NCBI RefSeq assembly: GCF_011745625.1
Contig: NW_027191452.1
Coordinates: 124,001 to 188,000 of the forward strand
Source: Cladosporium halotolerans
Lineage: Eukaryota
Length of the DNA stretch: 64,000 nucleotides
Reading direction: 5' to 3'
The position numbers and the translations under genes are program-made. Below are positions 12,273 through 23,368 of the stretch, one piece after another. The notes under the pieces are model-generated. The model searched no databases and was not told the origin of the DNA. It saw only the letters and a list, made by a program, of their open reading frames with translations. Every line of letters starts with the position of its first letter. Positions within the stretch are counted from its first letter, which is position 1.

Positions 12273-14879
12273 ATGGATACCCAGCTATCTGCGTTGCAAC
12301 CGTCCAGACCTCTCAACCATGCTCCCTCTCGCGACAATGGCGCCCACTGGCCACCAACTGGGATGCGGCCTTTGTCAGACATCCGCGAAATCACCGAACC
12401 GAGCCTTATTGACATGGTGAACTACGCCAAGCAGCAGTCAGAGCATGCATCAAGACAGCATCATCGAAAAACGTCGCGTACCAATTCCGTCAAGCGAGCC
12501 GGGTCGATTAGCCGGAATGGCTCGATCAAAGTGGTCGAGCCAACAAGCAAGAAGGCACACCAAAGGGCGCGCTCGATCGACAACAGTTCCTCATCGTACT
12601 CTACGTCGCCCGAAGCGTCCAGCTGCTATATCATCCCCCAGTCCAGCGTGCCCAGGAGATCCTCGTCGCAAGTGCGCGCACCGGGGACAATCGCAACGCA
12701 CTCTCGCAAGCCATCTCTACGGAGTGTGGCGACTGAGGGAGTGCCCGGCGTTGGACCTGCTGCTCCAAATTTCAGGCTCATCGTCCCGAACCATGGTCCA
12801 AGCCGTTCGCCTGTGAAAGATGCGAGTAGAAGGCTCGACCCGGTCTCCTCAGACGGCGCGAGGAAGATGCCTTCAAAGACCTTCGTTCGCTCTCCGGCGC
12901 CAATGGATTTGTTAGAGTTTCCTGTGTACAGACATCCGAGGGTGAAATTGGAGCTTCATACCTCAGCGCCATTGTTTGTTGGGGGAGGCAGTGTGGAAGG
13001 CCATGTGAAGATTACAATTGATGACAACGAGCGGATGAGACATCGTCGAAGCCTCGGTATAGCTGCGATCACCATCGACCTCGTGGGATTCGAAGAGGTA
13101 GCCGAGCACCGCCGGGGCACTTTTCTGGCGCTGGCTACGGAGCTCTTAGATTCCAGCCATCCTCCGCCTATCACGATGGTCGAACCAAATAATCCGTTAC
13201 TGCATGGAGAGAGATTCTGGATCCTGAAGCCATCAATATCAGCTCTGAGCTTCATGTTGAGCCTACCATTGGATACTGGGCCGCCGCCATTTCAATCGAA
13301 GCAAGCGAGCATACGATTCCTACTGTGCGTCACTGCCACGATCCGTGATGCTGGTAAGCATTATCGCGTCCGCACCTCTCACGACATCTGCGTCGTGCCG
13401 ACATATGATCCCGAAAGGGCGCTCACGTCACTTCAAAGCCCATTAATTGCAAGTGACGAGCTGACCTTGCACCGATGGGGTGCGATGGAGACATTGAGCT
13501 TGACAGCCGGGCTATACCGCCAAGTCTGGGTGAGTGGCAGTAGCATCTTCGTTGATGTGCATATCTCGAACAAGACCCACAAGCCGGTGAAAAAAGTCGA
13601 CTTGACTCTTGAGCGAGCCGTGCTTTGTTACAAGCATGCCCCTGCCGCTTCTATGGAGAAAGCAGCAAGTCAAGCGCGCGTATCTGAAAGCAGTGAGCGC
13701 CTCATTGTGACGAAATCGACAGAGAAGCATGATTGTGAAGGTTGGCGCGGTACCGATGCCTACACCTCAGATGCCCGCACGTGCGAGCTCCAAGTGCCTC
13801 GAGGTCATGCTACAGTCAGATGCGGAAAGTATTTCGAAGTTCGGTATTTTCTCAATGTCACAACAAGCTTGTCAAACTCCAAGATAGTGTCGGTACAGCT
13901 GCCGGTCATCTTGATTCACATGAACTCGCTGGATGTTTTGCCCAATTCTGTTGCCCAAGTTGCTGCGGCAATCGAAGAGAAGAGGCTTCACCAACGACAA
14001 AGAAACGCTCCGCCAGACGCTAAGCGGCACGTCCGACAGCGGTCCAACTCATCGCCAGCCCGAATGACAGGCGTCACCCGTCGACCGTCTTATACGCAAG
14101 GCCGCGCGTTCGCTGCACCCCGACAGCACTCATTGAATCGACAACGACAGGAGCAAGCGCAGATGGACGACTTGCAATCCACTATTGACCATTCTCCTCG
14201 CAAGAATCCAAACCGGACTCAACCATCACAACTACGAACGGTGTATCTGCAAAACAATAGCAGTTCAAACTCATTTGGCGCTCTTTCGCTCGAGGGCAAG
14301 AACTCTGCCAACGGCAGCCTCTTCGGAAGCATCCGATACCACACGCCGCCTCCGACCAAGCGTGACGCGCAGCAATCGCAGCCTGACAGTGTGCAAGAAC
14401 CGGAGGTCAATGGTCTTCGGGACCGATTGCGAAGAATGCATAGTTTCGATTCTTTACACAGCAAGAAATCGATCGCCCAAGTAAAGTCCAAGCATCTTCC
14501 GCCGCAGGCATCCTCAATGTCAAAGGAGAATACCAGACCCACACCAGCGGTCCCGCCATCGCTGTATTGCGAGAGAACCAATAGCGTGCGAAAGTATCAC
14601 ATCGCACCTCATGCGCTCGGCCTGGGTCTGACGACCAGTTTTGACGGGATGCCAGTCGATTCTTTTCCTGTGGGCCTTTCTCAGGAGATCTCTCACGATA
14701 CATGTGGAGTCTCTAGACCTGCAACAGCAATGACTCTCCGCGAGAAGCTGGATCGGAGCAGGTTCGAGTTCAAGGCAGTAAGGAGGAGGGCCAGTGGAGG
14801 GATCCGCGGGAAGGGCAAGATGTGGATTGATAAGGTGAGGCAGAGAGATGGCAGCGGAGCTATGGATGGTTGGATTTGA
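12273..14879 (+). CDS. Arrestin (N/C) domain-containing protein
   Basis: 868-aa single-exon ORF. Central arrestin-like beta sandwich (PLFVGGGSVEG, GPPPFQSKQASIRF, GKYFEVRYFLNV) with disordered flanks. Confidence 0.8.
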   Translation: MDTQLSALQPSRPLNHAPSRDNGAHWPPTGMRPLSDIREITEPSLIDMVNYAKQQSEHASRQHHRKTSRTNSVKRAGSISRNGSIKVVEPTSKKAHQRARSIDNSSSSYSTSPEASSCYIIPQSSVPRRSSSQVRAPGTIATHSRKPSLRSVATEGVPGVGPAAPNFRLIVPNHGPSRSPVKDASRRLDPVSSDGARKMPSKTFVRSPAPMDLLEFPVYRHPRVKLELHTSAPLFVGGGSVEGHVKITIDDNERMRHRRSLGIAAITIDLVGFEEVAEHRRGTFLALATELLDSSHPPPITMVEPNNPLLHGERFWILKPSISALSFMLSLPLDTGPPPFQSKQASIRFLLCVTATIRDAGKHYRVRTSHDICVVPTYDPERALTSLQSPLIASDELTLHRWGAMETLSLTAGLYRQVWVSGSSIFVDVHISNKTHKPVKKVDLTLERAVLCYKHAPAASMEKAASQARVSESSERLIVTKSTEKHDCEGWRGTDAYTSDARTCELQVPRGHATVRCGKYFEVRYFLNVTTSLSNSKIVSVQLPVILIHMNSLDVLPNSVAQVAAAIEEKRLHQRQRNAPPDAKRHVRQRSNSSPARMTGVTRRPSYTQGRAFAAPRQHSLNRQRQEQAQMDDLQSTIDHSPRKNPNRTQPSQLRTVYLQNNSSSNSFGALSLEGKNSANGSLFGSIRYHTPPPTKRDAQQSQPDSVQEPEVNGLRDRLRRMHSFDSLHSKKSIAQVKSKHLPPQASSMSKENTRPTPAVPPSLYCERTNSVRKYHIAPHALGLGLTTSFDGMPVDSFPVGLSQEISHDTCGVSRPATAMTLREKLDRSRFEFKAVRRRASGGIRGKGKMWIDKVRQRDGSGAMDGWI

Positions 14880-15407
14880 CGTACACTCTCGTATCTTACT
14901 TTTTGAGCATCTTGCAAGAGTGCTGCTCTTTGGATACCTTAGCCTAGCGTTAGAATGTAACATGATATTCTCCGTGAACGCTCATCCTTTCGGGGCTGTA
15001 AATATTGGTACCACAAGTTTAGGTCGAAGTCGACACTCAAGGGGACGCGTTCTATAAAGAGATCGAAGGCGTCTCTACAGACGCTGACTTTGCGCAGTGT
15101 TTAATCGGCAGAGCCCAAGACGAAGAAAGCGACCACGCTCCAATACACGTGCGGAGAGACTTCCGTTCGCCGTTACCGCACCACTATTGACATCATTATC
15201 TCGTGCTCTGTATCTTCCGAGCCGTTCTTTCGCACTTGGCCGCTGAAACTTGAGCAATCGATAAATGATGAAGTGCGTATTGCTATCTATTAGAGGATTC
15301 AATCATAATGAAGCATCGGAGATACGACTCCAAAGCCCAGAATTACTATGGTATCAAGTTCGTGATGCGCAAATGACCGTCGTATCGTATCCGTCCAAAG
15401 TCAGTCC

Positions 15408-16057
15408 TTACTTCTGCTGGCCCTCCTGCTGCTTTCCACCTCCCATGAAGCTGCCGACGTACCCGCCAGCACTCTTTAGGCCACCAGTGACTGAGCTGCC
15501 GATGCCAGAGGCACCGCTCGCAGCGCCCTGGCCGGTGGACTTGGCGGTGTTGACAGCCGAGTCGGCGACGCCGCCGCCGTAGGAGCCAGAGTCGTCCTTG
15601 CCTCCGCGCTCCATCCGGTTGACGCCCTCCTTAGAGAATGCGTCACCGACGGGCTGCAGCAGACCGCCCTGGCCGACTTGGCCGGCGACCAGGTTGTTGA
15701 CGCCGTCCTGGAGGTTGTCCACTTGGTCGACGCCGGTGACCTTGGACTTGTCGGGGGTGTCTGGGTGATAGTTTGTCAGTGTTCTGGTGGTCTCCAGTAG
15801 AATGAGCACATAAGCTTACCCTTGGTGGCGTAGCTAGCCTTGTTGTCCTTGGTGAACCACCTGAGGTATTGATCCTCGATCCAAGGCATCCAGTTCTCGT
15901 ACTGGTTGTGGTAGCCCTCCTTAATCCACTCGAGATAGCTCTTGCCCTGCTTCTTGTCCTCGGGCAGCGCGTCGAAGGTCTGCTTCTTCTGGTCCTCGCT
16001 CATCTTGTTCCAGCTGGAACCAGCGGAGTCGGCGGCGCCCTTAACTTGATCGGCCAT
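15408..16057 (-). CDS. Conserved fungal hydrophilic, Gly-rich hypothetical protein
   Basis: ATG 16057; YENWMPWIEDQYLRWFTKDNKASY; intron 15761-15819; exon 2 QDGVNNLVAGQVGQGGLLQPVGD; strong codon bias. Confidence 0.8.
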
Positions 16058-16651
16058 TTTGAAAGTGTAGTCGGTGGAATATGCTGTGAATCTGCAGGGT
16101 GGGGGATCAGCACGGTTTCCTGAAGATGATACAGCAACGGATGATATACCTGTTTGATGATCACAACGAAAGCAATAGTGTGTCTGGAACGCTGTCTCTC
16201 CTGAGGACGGGCGGCATCGTCTGATGTATTTACCTGCCACAACATCAGAGTTCACGCGGACCCATGACAAATGACGTCGCCATACAGCCAACCTGGCGCG
16301 TGGGAAGTCGAGATCAAGCCTGCTCCACAGCGCAATGCAGATCCACGCACGCGGCCCAGATTTGGCCCCAACACACCATGTCGGGGCAAGGTGGCTTGAA
16401 CGACGTCATCCGACAACTGCGCGAGTCGCAGCATGTGAAAGGAGTTCGCTTTGGATCCACGGTGCCCTCCGATGCATGATTGACCACAGCTATAAAAAAG
16501 CACTATAGAAGATACCAACGTGGCATGCGAAACGGCTAGGATGGAGTAGGCTTGATAACATAGGTTATCTACAGAGGCTTCCAAGCCAGTATATTACATT
16601 TGTTGTACATTGATATATGTGTGGCTGACCCCTCAGAGGTGTCACCAGCAC

Positions 16652-19609
16652 TTACTTTTGGCCTGTAGGCTCATTGGTCGCCTCGATTCCTTCATCCTTC
16701 ACTTCGTCAGGCTTCAGATTGATATGAGCTTCTTCGGCCGGCTCGTTTCCTTCACCCTCCACTTCATCAGCCTTGAGATCAGTACGAGGTTCTTCAGCCG
16801 GCTCATTCCCATCCTCTACTTCGTTAGGCTCTGTGTGGGAACGATTTTGTTCGGTCAGCTGATTCTCCGCGTCCTTGCTTTCCTCAGGACCGGGGTTCGT
16901 CTGAGCTTCTACAGGCCTTTTCCATGCTAGGATTTCGCCCGTGGACGCCCTTGTCAAGAAATCGGCAATGGTCAATGCTGGGAACAGCGATCTGCGAAGT
17001 CCATTTGCTGTCTCTGCGTCCACGTTCTCCCTGCTTTCCTTCCCCGACTTCTCAGGTGAGACCCTCTGCGCCCGCTGTGGCTGGACCGTGAGATCCGTAT
17101 GCCTTCCGCCGACGAAACCTGCGTCGACTTCTCTATATTGTATAGCAGTGTTCTCGGGGAAGTTCTTCAAGAAGCGCTTGACTGCCGGGCTGTGTTGACC
17201 GCGCTCGTCCAGTGCATCATAGTTCGGAGTGAATAGGGTGGTTTGCATCTGCTCAAATCGGTCAAACAAGTAGGGAACTTGAATGTCGCCGAAGGTTCGT
17301 CCTTGTCTGCGTGATTCTTCATCATGAATCATCCAAGTTGGAAGCGTGAACTGAACCTCTGTCTTGCCTCGCAGAGCTCCGCCAGCTCTCGCAGATTTGT
17401 TCAGGACGTTGACAAAGTCTAAGATCTCGGGGTCGTTGACGATCGAGGGGATCGGAGCGTAGATGGTCTCGTTCCTCGTCAACCGGAGGTCGATTGCTTG
17501 GTCCGGCAAGGGAACGTCGACGATCTCTTCGTTGATTATGCCGCGCAGCCTCTGAATCTGCGGCTCATTTTCTGGCGATTTGCCCCCAGACGTCCGGAGC
17601 AGGGTCAGTTCGAGGCGAGGGAATTTCTTTGTAGCTTCCAGGCCACGGCGAGTGAACGGAGAGGGTACAAAGTACGCTACCAATGTAGATCTGCGAATGA
17701 CATTGGCCTTTTGGAATGCCGAAGAAACTTCAGTGTTTTCCTCAATATGGTTATTCTTGCGTCCGACAGGCTTGAAGAAGGAAAGCAAAGTCTCGTAACT
17801 AGGACCTCGACGCAAAATCAGATTCTTCGGCGAGCCAATTTTGGTGTCATTTGGGCGTTGGTCGACAGCATTATCCTGTTTCACTGACAAGTCACCCAAA
17901 CGTTTGGGCGCTGCTTCTTCCAGCAGGAGCCCGAATTGCACTCGCCACGCATTTGTTGACTGAAGTTTCGCTGTGCCCCAGTACGACGCGTTCTTCGCCT
18001 GAGCTGCGGCTGTTGCTTCTCCTTCGCATCGGCTCTCGCGCGGCGAGACCATCGGTACAAGAGACTGGCTTATCTCCTCTGCTCGAGCTTCCGTAGGTGA
18101 AGCTCTCAAAGTCGCCGATGAGTCAGCTGCTGTGCTTTTCGGCGTCTTTCTATACACCGGGAGCGAAGGTCGAGCGAAAACCTTCAGGCGATCGCGAAAA
18201 TGCAAACCGAGGTCAGGAAAATATGGCACCAAGGCAAGCGGTCCTCCAGCACCCTCTGCTTTGTCCTCGTGTCCCTCCATGGGTGACAGGGACACGCTTC
18301 GCACGTTGCGAGATGAGAAATCCATCAAGCTCATGAGAAGGCGACGCGCGTTGTCTCTATCTGAAGACATAAAGCCGAATATGCCAATTTTGCCATCGGC
18401 CTGTTGCATAATCACAGTCTGTGTTCTTTGCGAGATGGCTTCAAGCTGCTCCGCGCGGAAGTTGCGCAGAGATTGTGCTGCTGGGAACTTCCGATCCTCT
18501 TCAGGAATGAGATTATTGAGGTCAAGCAGAAGTTTGCCCACGTGAAGAGTTCTGTTTTCCAACTGGCTGGCAATGTCTTCGGCGTCCTGTCTCCGAGCAG
18601 TGATACGAACGATGCCATCTCTCCGGTGAGGTCGTATCTCAGACTTTCGCAGAAGGATTGGTGGTTGAATCTGCGACTGATACTTAGGCCTGCCGTCACG
18701 CGTCGCCAAATCGAAATACAGAGCTAGCTGCCACCGCGTCATCTGCATTTCTAGCTCGCCGACTTGCGCTTGCTCTGATTCTGTCGAGATGTCCCAGGCA
18801 ACCCCAACGATCCGTTCAGCGGTCCTTGCTTTTGGAGTGAGGGAAGCTCCTCTGGGCGATGGCATCTGCGAGTTGCGGCGTTGGTCTATCGGGGTGCGCC
18901 CAGGTTGCCAGCGAGACCGTGTGAAAGAAACCTTCTTCTTTTGAGAGGTGCCTGGAAGCCGATATTCAAGTTGTCGCACGACAGTCAAAGACGACCGCTG
19001 CGCGAGAGACCGTCGGAGGTATCGAGACAGTTGTTGTACGTTGTAGCCATCCAGCAACGCCTTCACCAACCTGTCAAACTCCCGATCTTCGACGACAGGG
19101 GCTTGTGGCCGCAGAGCGTCGATTGATGCATTGACTTCCTCCTCTAGCGGTGGCGCTGTTTCAGAAACGGCAGCTTGTATCTCCTCCGCAGTCAACGACA
19201 GCCCTTTCAAGCCTTCCTCGCTAAAGTCCGCATCGTCTGATCCTTTTTTCTGGGTGGTCTTCTTCTCACGGCTGTCAATGACGTCCCGGAAGATGACAAT
19301 CTCGGATCTTTCTCCCAAAGACTTGGTCGCCAGCGCTTCGGAGACTTGTCGCTGCTTGCGTCCAGGTTTGCCAACAATACGTCCTCCTATATTCAGGTGC
19401 TTAAAGTAGAGTCCATCGTTGCTTTTGTTCAAGGGCTCAGCGTCGCTATCGTGGCCGGCTTGTTGTCGGTGGAAGGTTGTGAAGGCCTGGCGCGGAGGTT
19501 GTTGGCGGCGATGAAGTGTGGGGGAGCAGCGCAGATGCTGCAGTACGCCCCGAAGCTGACATCTCAGACATGCTGATGATGGCACCGCGGCGGCGCCAGG
19601 GGAAAGCAT
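16652..19609 (-). CDS. SLS1: Mitochondrial inner-membrane-bound regulator, SLS1-like
   Basis: Mitochondrial-type presequence (ACLRCQLR...AFTTFHR); ALATKSLGERSEIVI, LLDGYNVQQLSRY, FPRLEL and DVPLPDQAIDLRL blocks resemble the fungal SLS family. Confidence 0.65.
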   Translation of the reverse strand: MLSPGAAAVPSSACLRCQLRGVLQHLRCSPTLHRRQQPPRQAFTTFHRQQAGHDSDAEPLNKSNDGLYFKHLNIGGRIVGKPGRKQRQVSEALATKSLGERSEIVIFRDVIDSREKKTTQKKGSDDADFSEEGLKGLSLTAEEIQAAVSETAPPLEEEVNASIDALRPQAPVVEDREFDRLVKALLDGYNVQQLSRYLRRSLAQRSSLTVVRQLEYRLPGTSQKKKVSFTRSRWQPGRTPIDQRRNSQMPSPRGASLTPKARTAERIVGVAWDISTESEQAQVGELEMQMTRWQLALYFDLATRDGRPKYQSQIQPPILLRKSEIRPHRRDGIVRITARRQDAEDIASQLENRTLHVGKLLLDLNNLIPEEDRKFPAAQSLRNFRAEQLEAISQRTQTVIMQQADGKIGIFGFMSSDRDNARRLLMSLMDFSSRNVRSVSLSPMEGHEDKAEGAGGPLALVPYFPDLGLHFRDRLKVFARPSLPVYRKTPKSTAADSSATLRASPTEARAEEISQSLVPMVSPRESRCEGEATAAAQAKNASYWGTAKLQSTNAWRVQFGLLLEEAAPKRLGDLSVKQDNAVDQRPNDTKIGSPKNLILRRGPSYETLLSFFKPVGRKNNHIEENTEVSSAFQKANVIRRSTLVAYFVPSPFTRRGLEATKKFPRLELTLLRTSGGKSPENEPQIQRLRGIINEEIVDVPLPDQAIDLRLTRNETIYAPIPSIVNDPEILDFVNVLNKSARAGGALRGKTEVQFTLPTWMIHDEESRRQGRTFGDIQVPYLFDRFEQMQTTLFTPNYDALDERGQHSPAVKRFLKNFPENTAIQYREVDAGFVGGRHTDLTVQPQRAQRVSPEKSGKESRENVDAETANGLRRSLFPALTIADFLTRASTGEILAWKRPVEAQTNPGPEESKDAENQLTEQNRSHTEPNEVEDGNEPAEEPRTDLKADEVEGEGNEPAEEAHINLKPDEVKDEGIEATNEPTGQK
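16681..16830 (-). repeat. About 2.5 copies of a 57-60 nt coding tandem repeat in the SLS1-like C-terminus
   Basis: acttcgtcag, acttcatcag and acttcgttag start at 16701, 16761 and 16818; peptide unit approximately DEVEGEGNEPAEEAHINLKP. Confidence 0.85.
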
Positions 19610-20122
19610 ATGCTTCGGTCGGGTGGTTCTGAGGTTGATGCTCCAGGCCAAGATTACAACAAAGGGCTCTCATGTGAAAAGTCCAGGAGATCGGCGGAAC
19701 GTTTGCCGAAGCGGGCATCCCATGTGGCTTAGCCGTCAACGACGACGACGTAGCAACATTTTGCCGTCTGGAGCTCTACGTCAACCCAAGTAGACCGGTC
19801 CAGCTCTCAGGGGTAGATGCAATAGTATGTGCCTCTGAATTTCGGAAGTTTTGTCGCGATGCACGACTCCGCCTTTGCAATATATCACTGCGCGTGAATC
19901 CTTCCCGGCCCCTGTCACACTCGCACAAGCGTACGCGTCCGGTGACCCGTACTGCGTTATCAACCGAAGGACTGTCGGAAAGTCTCCAGAGCGTCACAGC
20001 ACAGCACTCTGAGGATCCACGGGAACTCCTAGGCGGAGCTGACCTTACGTTACACGATCTCAACGAGCTGCACTCTGTGTTCCGTCATCGAAAGTGTTTC
20101 AAGGACCATCGAGGAGGCAAAG

Positions 20123-21946
20123 ATGTCGCAAGATCTCTTCGCAGCGTTTGGAGCACAAAGCAAAGCTCCTTCAAAGCAGTCGGGACCAGCCCGACATAAT
20201 CCTGCTGGGCCACCTGAACCGCTCAATCTTGAAGCTATTCTCAACGCGAAGCCGTATGATGAGTTTACAACAGCACCAGTATCCATGGACGAGGACGACG
20301 ATGAGTTCGGCGATTTTGAGGATGCTTCTCCAATGGATGACTTGACCAAGGCTGCGATTCTGAAAGCACGAATGGGTTCTCCCCTACCAAGCCAGGAAAT
20401 GCCATTCTTCGACACGACTCCTATGGGCTCTTTGCCGTCAACGAAATCGCAAACAACTTCGCAGGCTCCAACTGCGTCAAATTCCAAGCCAAATCTCCCA
20501 TTCAAACCGAAGGCTGCGAATCCTTCGGACACAGCAGCGCGACCTGTCTCAGCCCGCAAAGAATCTCAACCAAAGTCAAACCTTCCATTCAAACCGAAGC
20601 CTCCGCAGATAGATGGGAGGAATGAAAACATTGGTCAACATCCCTTTGCCGGCAGGATGGACATGCTTTTCGCCGGAGACGATGACGACTACGATGCTGG
20701 AGCCGATGACCTCAACGTAGACCTTGCAAATGATCCCGAGGCCGCAATGGCATATTCGAAGAAACTGATTGCAGACGCGTCGGCTCATGAAAGGCCACAA
20801 AGGCCCGCTGCAACCCCAGCATCAACTTTCCCGACTCGCACGCGACAGTCGAATCCTGTATCTAAGAGGCCTGAGGGTCAATCGCAGAATACTCGTTCGC
20901 AGAATTCTGCTGTTCTGTTCGACGCAGACAACGTCAGCGAAGATGATGATGACGATTGGGGTACCTTCGAAACCAACAACGGAAACACCTCTCAGCCACA
21001 TGTTGCGGCATCGAAGCCTAAAGTGCCTGTACCCGGTGCTCTTGGGATCGACCTTCTAGGGCTGGATGATACGACATCGCAATGGGCATCTTCAGAAACC
21101 TCGCAAAAAGCTCCAGAAAAGCCGCAATCCAGCCGAGCACCCATTTTCGAGCCTCACGATGATGAAGCATGGGACGACTTCGAAGATGTTGCACCAGCGC
21201 CGACTCAGGCGATCACAAGCCCCAAACTTCCTGAACCGATCCTCAACGTGACAGCCCCTGCAAAGGCCGCCACAACACCTTCTCTTCCACCGACCAACAT
21301 CCCTCCTCCCGCAGTGCTACTGTCGGTTTTCCCCTCGCTGCTGGCTTCTGCTCAGCCGGCCCTCTTCGATACGTTGACCAAGCTCACGCACGATCAAAAG
21401 CAGGATCTTCTCGGTCACGAAGCCACGCAACAGCTCCTGCACGGTTACATTGGTCTTGCAACGGTGTTGGCACACGTTATCGCCGGCCGCAAGCAACGCT
21501 GGAAACGCGACCAGTTCCTGGCTCAGGGGATGCGCATTGGTCCCGCTGCCGCAGGAGGCAAGGGTGGTATGAAACTCGCCGGTGTCGACAAGTCTGAAGT
21601 GGCGAAGGAGGATCGTGAAGTTCTGGACGCGGTCCGCCAGTGGAAGTCCATCGTTGGTAAATTACGCAGCGCGGTTGTGAGCGCTAACAGCAAGGCTTCG
21701 ACGAAACTGCCGCCTGTGCCTGAGATCTCTGAGCAAATGCCCTTGAAAGTGTTGAAACCTCTGGAGGGCGGTGTTGTCGCCCCGCACGCGTGTGCCTTGT
21801 GTGGGCTCAAGCGTGAGGAGCGGGTACCGAAGGTTGATGAGGGAGTCGACGACAGTTTTGGAGAGTGGTGGGTAGATGGGATGAACATGCACTTGCTTTG
21901 CAAGAATTTCTGGGACAAGCACAGCGACAGGATGAGGTCAAGGTAA
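20123..21946 (+). CDS. Conserved fungal hypothetical protein with acidic-aromatic adaptor-binding motifs and a C-terminal Cys/His cluster
   Basis: 607-aa ORF; DDEFGDF, DDWGTF, EAWDDF; C-terminal CALC...HLLC. Confidence 0.8.
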   Translation: MSQDLFAAFGAQSKAPSKQSGPARHNPAGPPEPLNLEAILNAKPYDEFTTAPVSMDEDDDEFGDFEDASPMDDLTKAAILKARMGSPLPSQEMPFFDTTPMGSLPSTKSQTTSQAPTASNSKPNLPFKPKAANPSDTAARPVSARKESQPKSNLPFKPKPPQIDGRNENIGQHPFAGRMDMLFAGDDDDYDAGADDLNVDLANDPEAAMAYSKKLIADASAHERPQRPAATPASTFPTRTRQSNPVSKRPEGQSQNTRSQNSAVLFDADNVSEDDDDDWGTFETNNGNTSQPHVAASKPKVPVPGALGIDLLGLDDTTSQWASSETSQKAPEKPQSSRAPIFEPHDDEAWDDFEDVAPAPTQAITSPKLPEPILNVTAPAKAATTPSLPPTNIPPPAVLLSVFPSLLASAQPALFDTLTKLTHDQKQDLLGHEATQQLLHGYIGLATVLAHVIAGRKQRWKRDQFLAQGMRIGPAAAGGKGGMKLAGVDKSEVAKEDREVLDAVRQWKSIVGKLRSAVVSANSKASTKLPPVPEISEQMPLKVLKPLEGGVVAPHACALCGLKREERVPKVDEGVDDSFGEWWVDGMNMHLLCKNFWDKHSDRMRSR

Positions 21947-22183
21947 TGAGACAGACACTGCATATGTCCACAGAAACCCTGCTGCAGTGCACTAGATTAC
22001 AATGCAAAATGGAGTCGACGATCGTCATTCGTGAAAACACATGATGATAGAGTGAGATGGTTGTTTGTTCTGTAGAGCCGACTTTTAAGATGCAGATCAT
22101 GATCATCCAACGACCCGGTCCTCCAAATACGCCGCAAAACCAAGCCCTTACACCAAACGCATTACAAAGTTCTTCAGACAGCT

Positions 22184-22518
22184 TCAAGCGCTCGATGAGC
22201 TGGCATCGCTGTCCGATCCGCTGTTACAGTCTGATTCTGCTCGTCGAGGTCCTTTGCGGCCTTGTGTGGAAGGCCTATGGCCGGATAATGTCGTCACATC
22301 CAGCCTGCACTTGATCTGTCAAGCTTGAAGGTTAGTTTGCTATCCGCGATAGTCATTCATTAGTCAATACTAACGATGTCGCTGCCATTGGCGTGAGGGT
22401 CGATCATGCCGGGACCGTTGACCGTGAGGCAGAAATGTTGCTCCGGATCGCTGAAGTAATCATCATGGAAGAGGCAGTCTCCGCAGATCTGGCAACGGTT
22501 GCTGGATGTAAGAGGCAT
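22184..22518 (-). CDS. Small two-exon hypothetical protein (91 aa) with CxxC motif; not in the ORF track
   Basis: Exon 1 22518-22375, intron 22374-22316 (GTTAGT...ACTAAC...GACAG), exon 2 22315-22184; frame preserved; TATA-like TATAAG near 22650. Confidence 0.55.
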
Positions 22519-23368
22519 TGCAGTAATGGTAGTATCGCTTGGGTATTTAGTGGTGGAGAAGAAGATAATTTCCCAGGCTGAGGTTTGAATGGTTGTGATA
22601 AGGTTTGCATTTAGAATTGGGAATGAAACAGAATGGGAGAAGCTGTTACTTATACAAGAACTTATAGGCTGGTCAATACATATCCTGTTTGTTGCTCAAA
22701 CGGCGTGCTCCTACAGCCACCTAGACAAGCAGCAATCACTGGATGCGACCGACGTCGGCTCGATCCACTGCAGCCTTTTGTGCGCAGTAAGAGTCACCAC
22801 GATAACATACAGGAGGCACTCGTGTCATGTCGGATTCACGCGCCTGATTTGCAATTCTCGGTGTTGCGTTGGACGGATTGGTCGGCCGCGGTCGGTCGAT
22901 CGCATCCGGCCGCTGGCACCGCAGGGGCGGCAAATGCGTGCCAGCAGGGGTTCTGCAACTTTTTTCCAGGCAGTCGATAAAGATGCTAGCTGTTCCAATC
23001 CCAAAATAGGACTTCGTAAAGTGAGGCATATTTTCATTTGGATGTCGTTCGCCTCTCGCCGCAGACTGCTCAGCGGCGTGCTACTTTGCTGGTGATTTGT
23101 TCTTCGTTGCCTCGAGTCAAAGCTCGCCCAACCGGTCACACACCGATTGACCATCGTGTTAAGCAAAAGGTTCTCAGTATCCGCAAAGTCCTCGCACGGC
23201 GCGCGGGTGCGTGCATCTTTGTCAATGGGTCGGTAGCAGTGTCGTTCCGCCGGCTGTGGAACTACAGCCGCAACAGTAGATTGCAAGTACGTGCTTCCAA
23301 AGTAAACAAGGCCAGAGCACGATGATCGGAATGATTCGCTACCGAGGCATGTGTCTCATGACTTGGTA

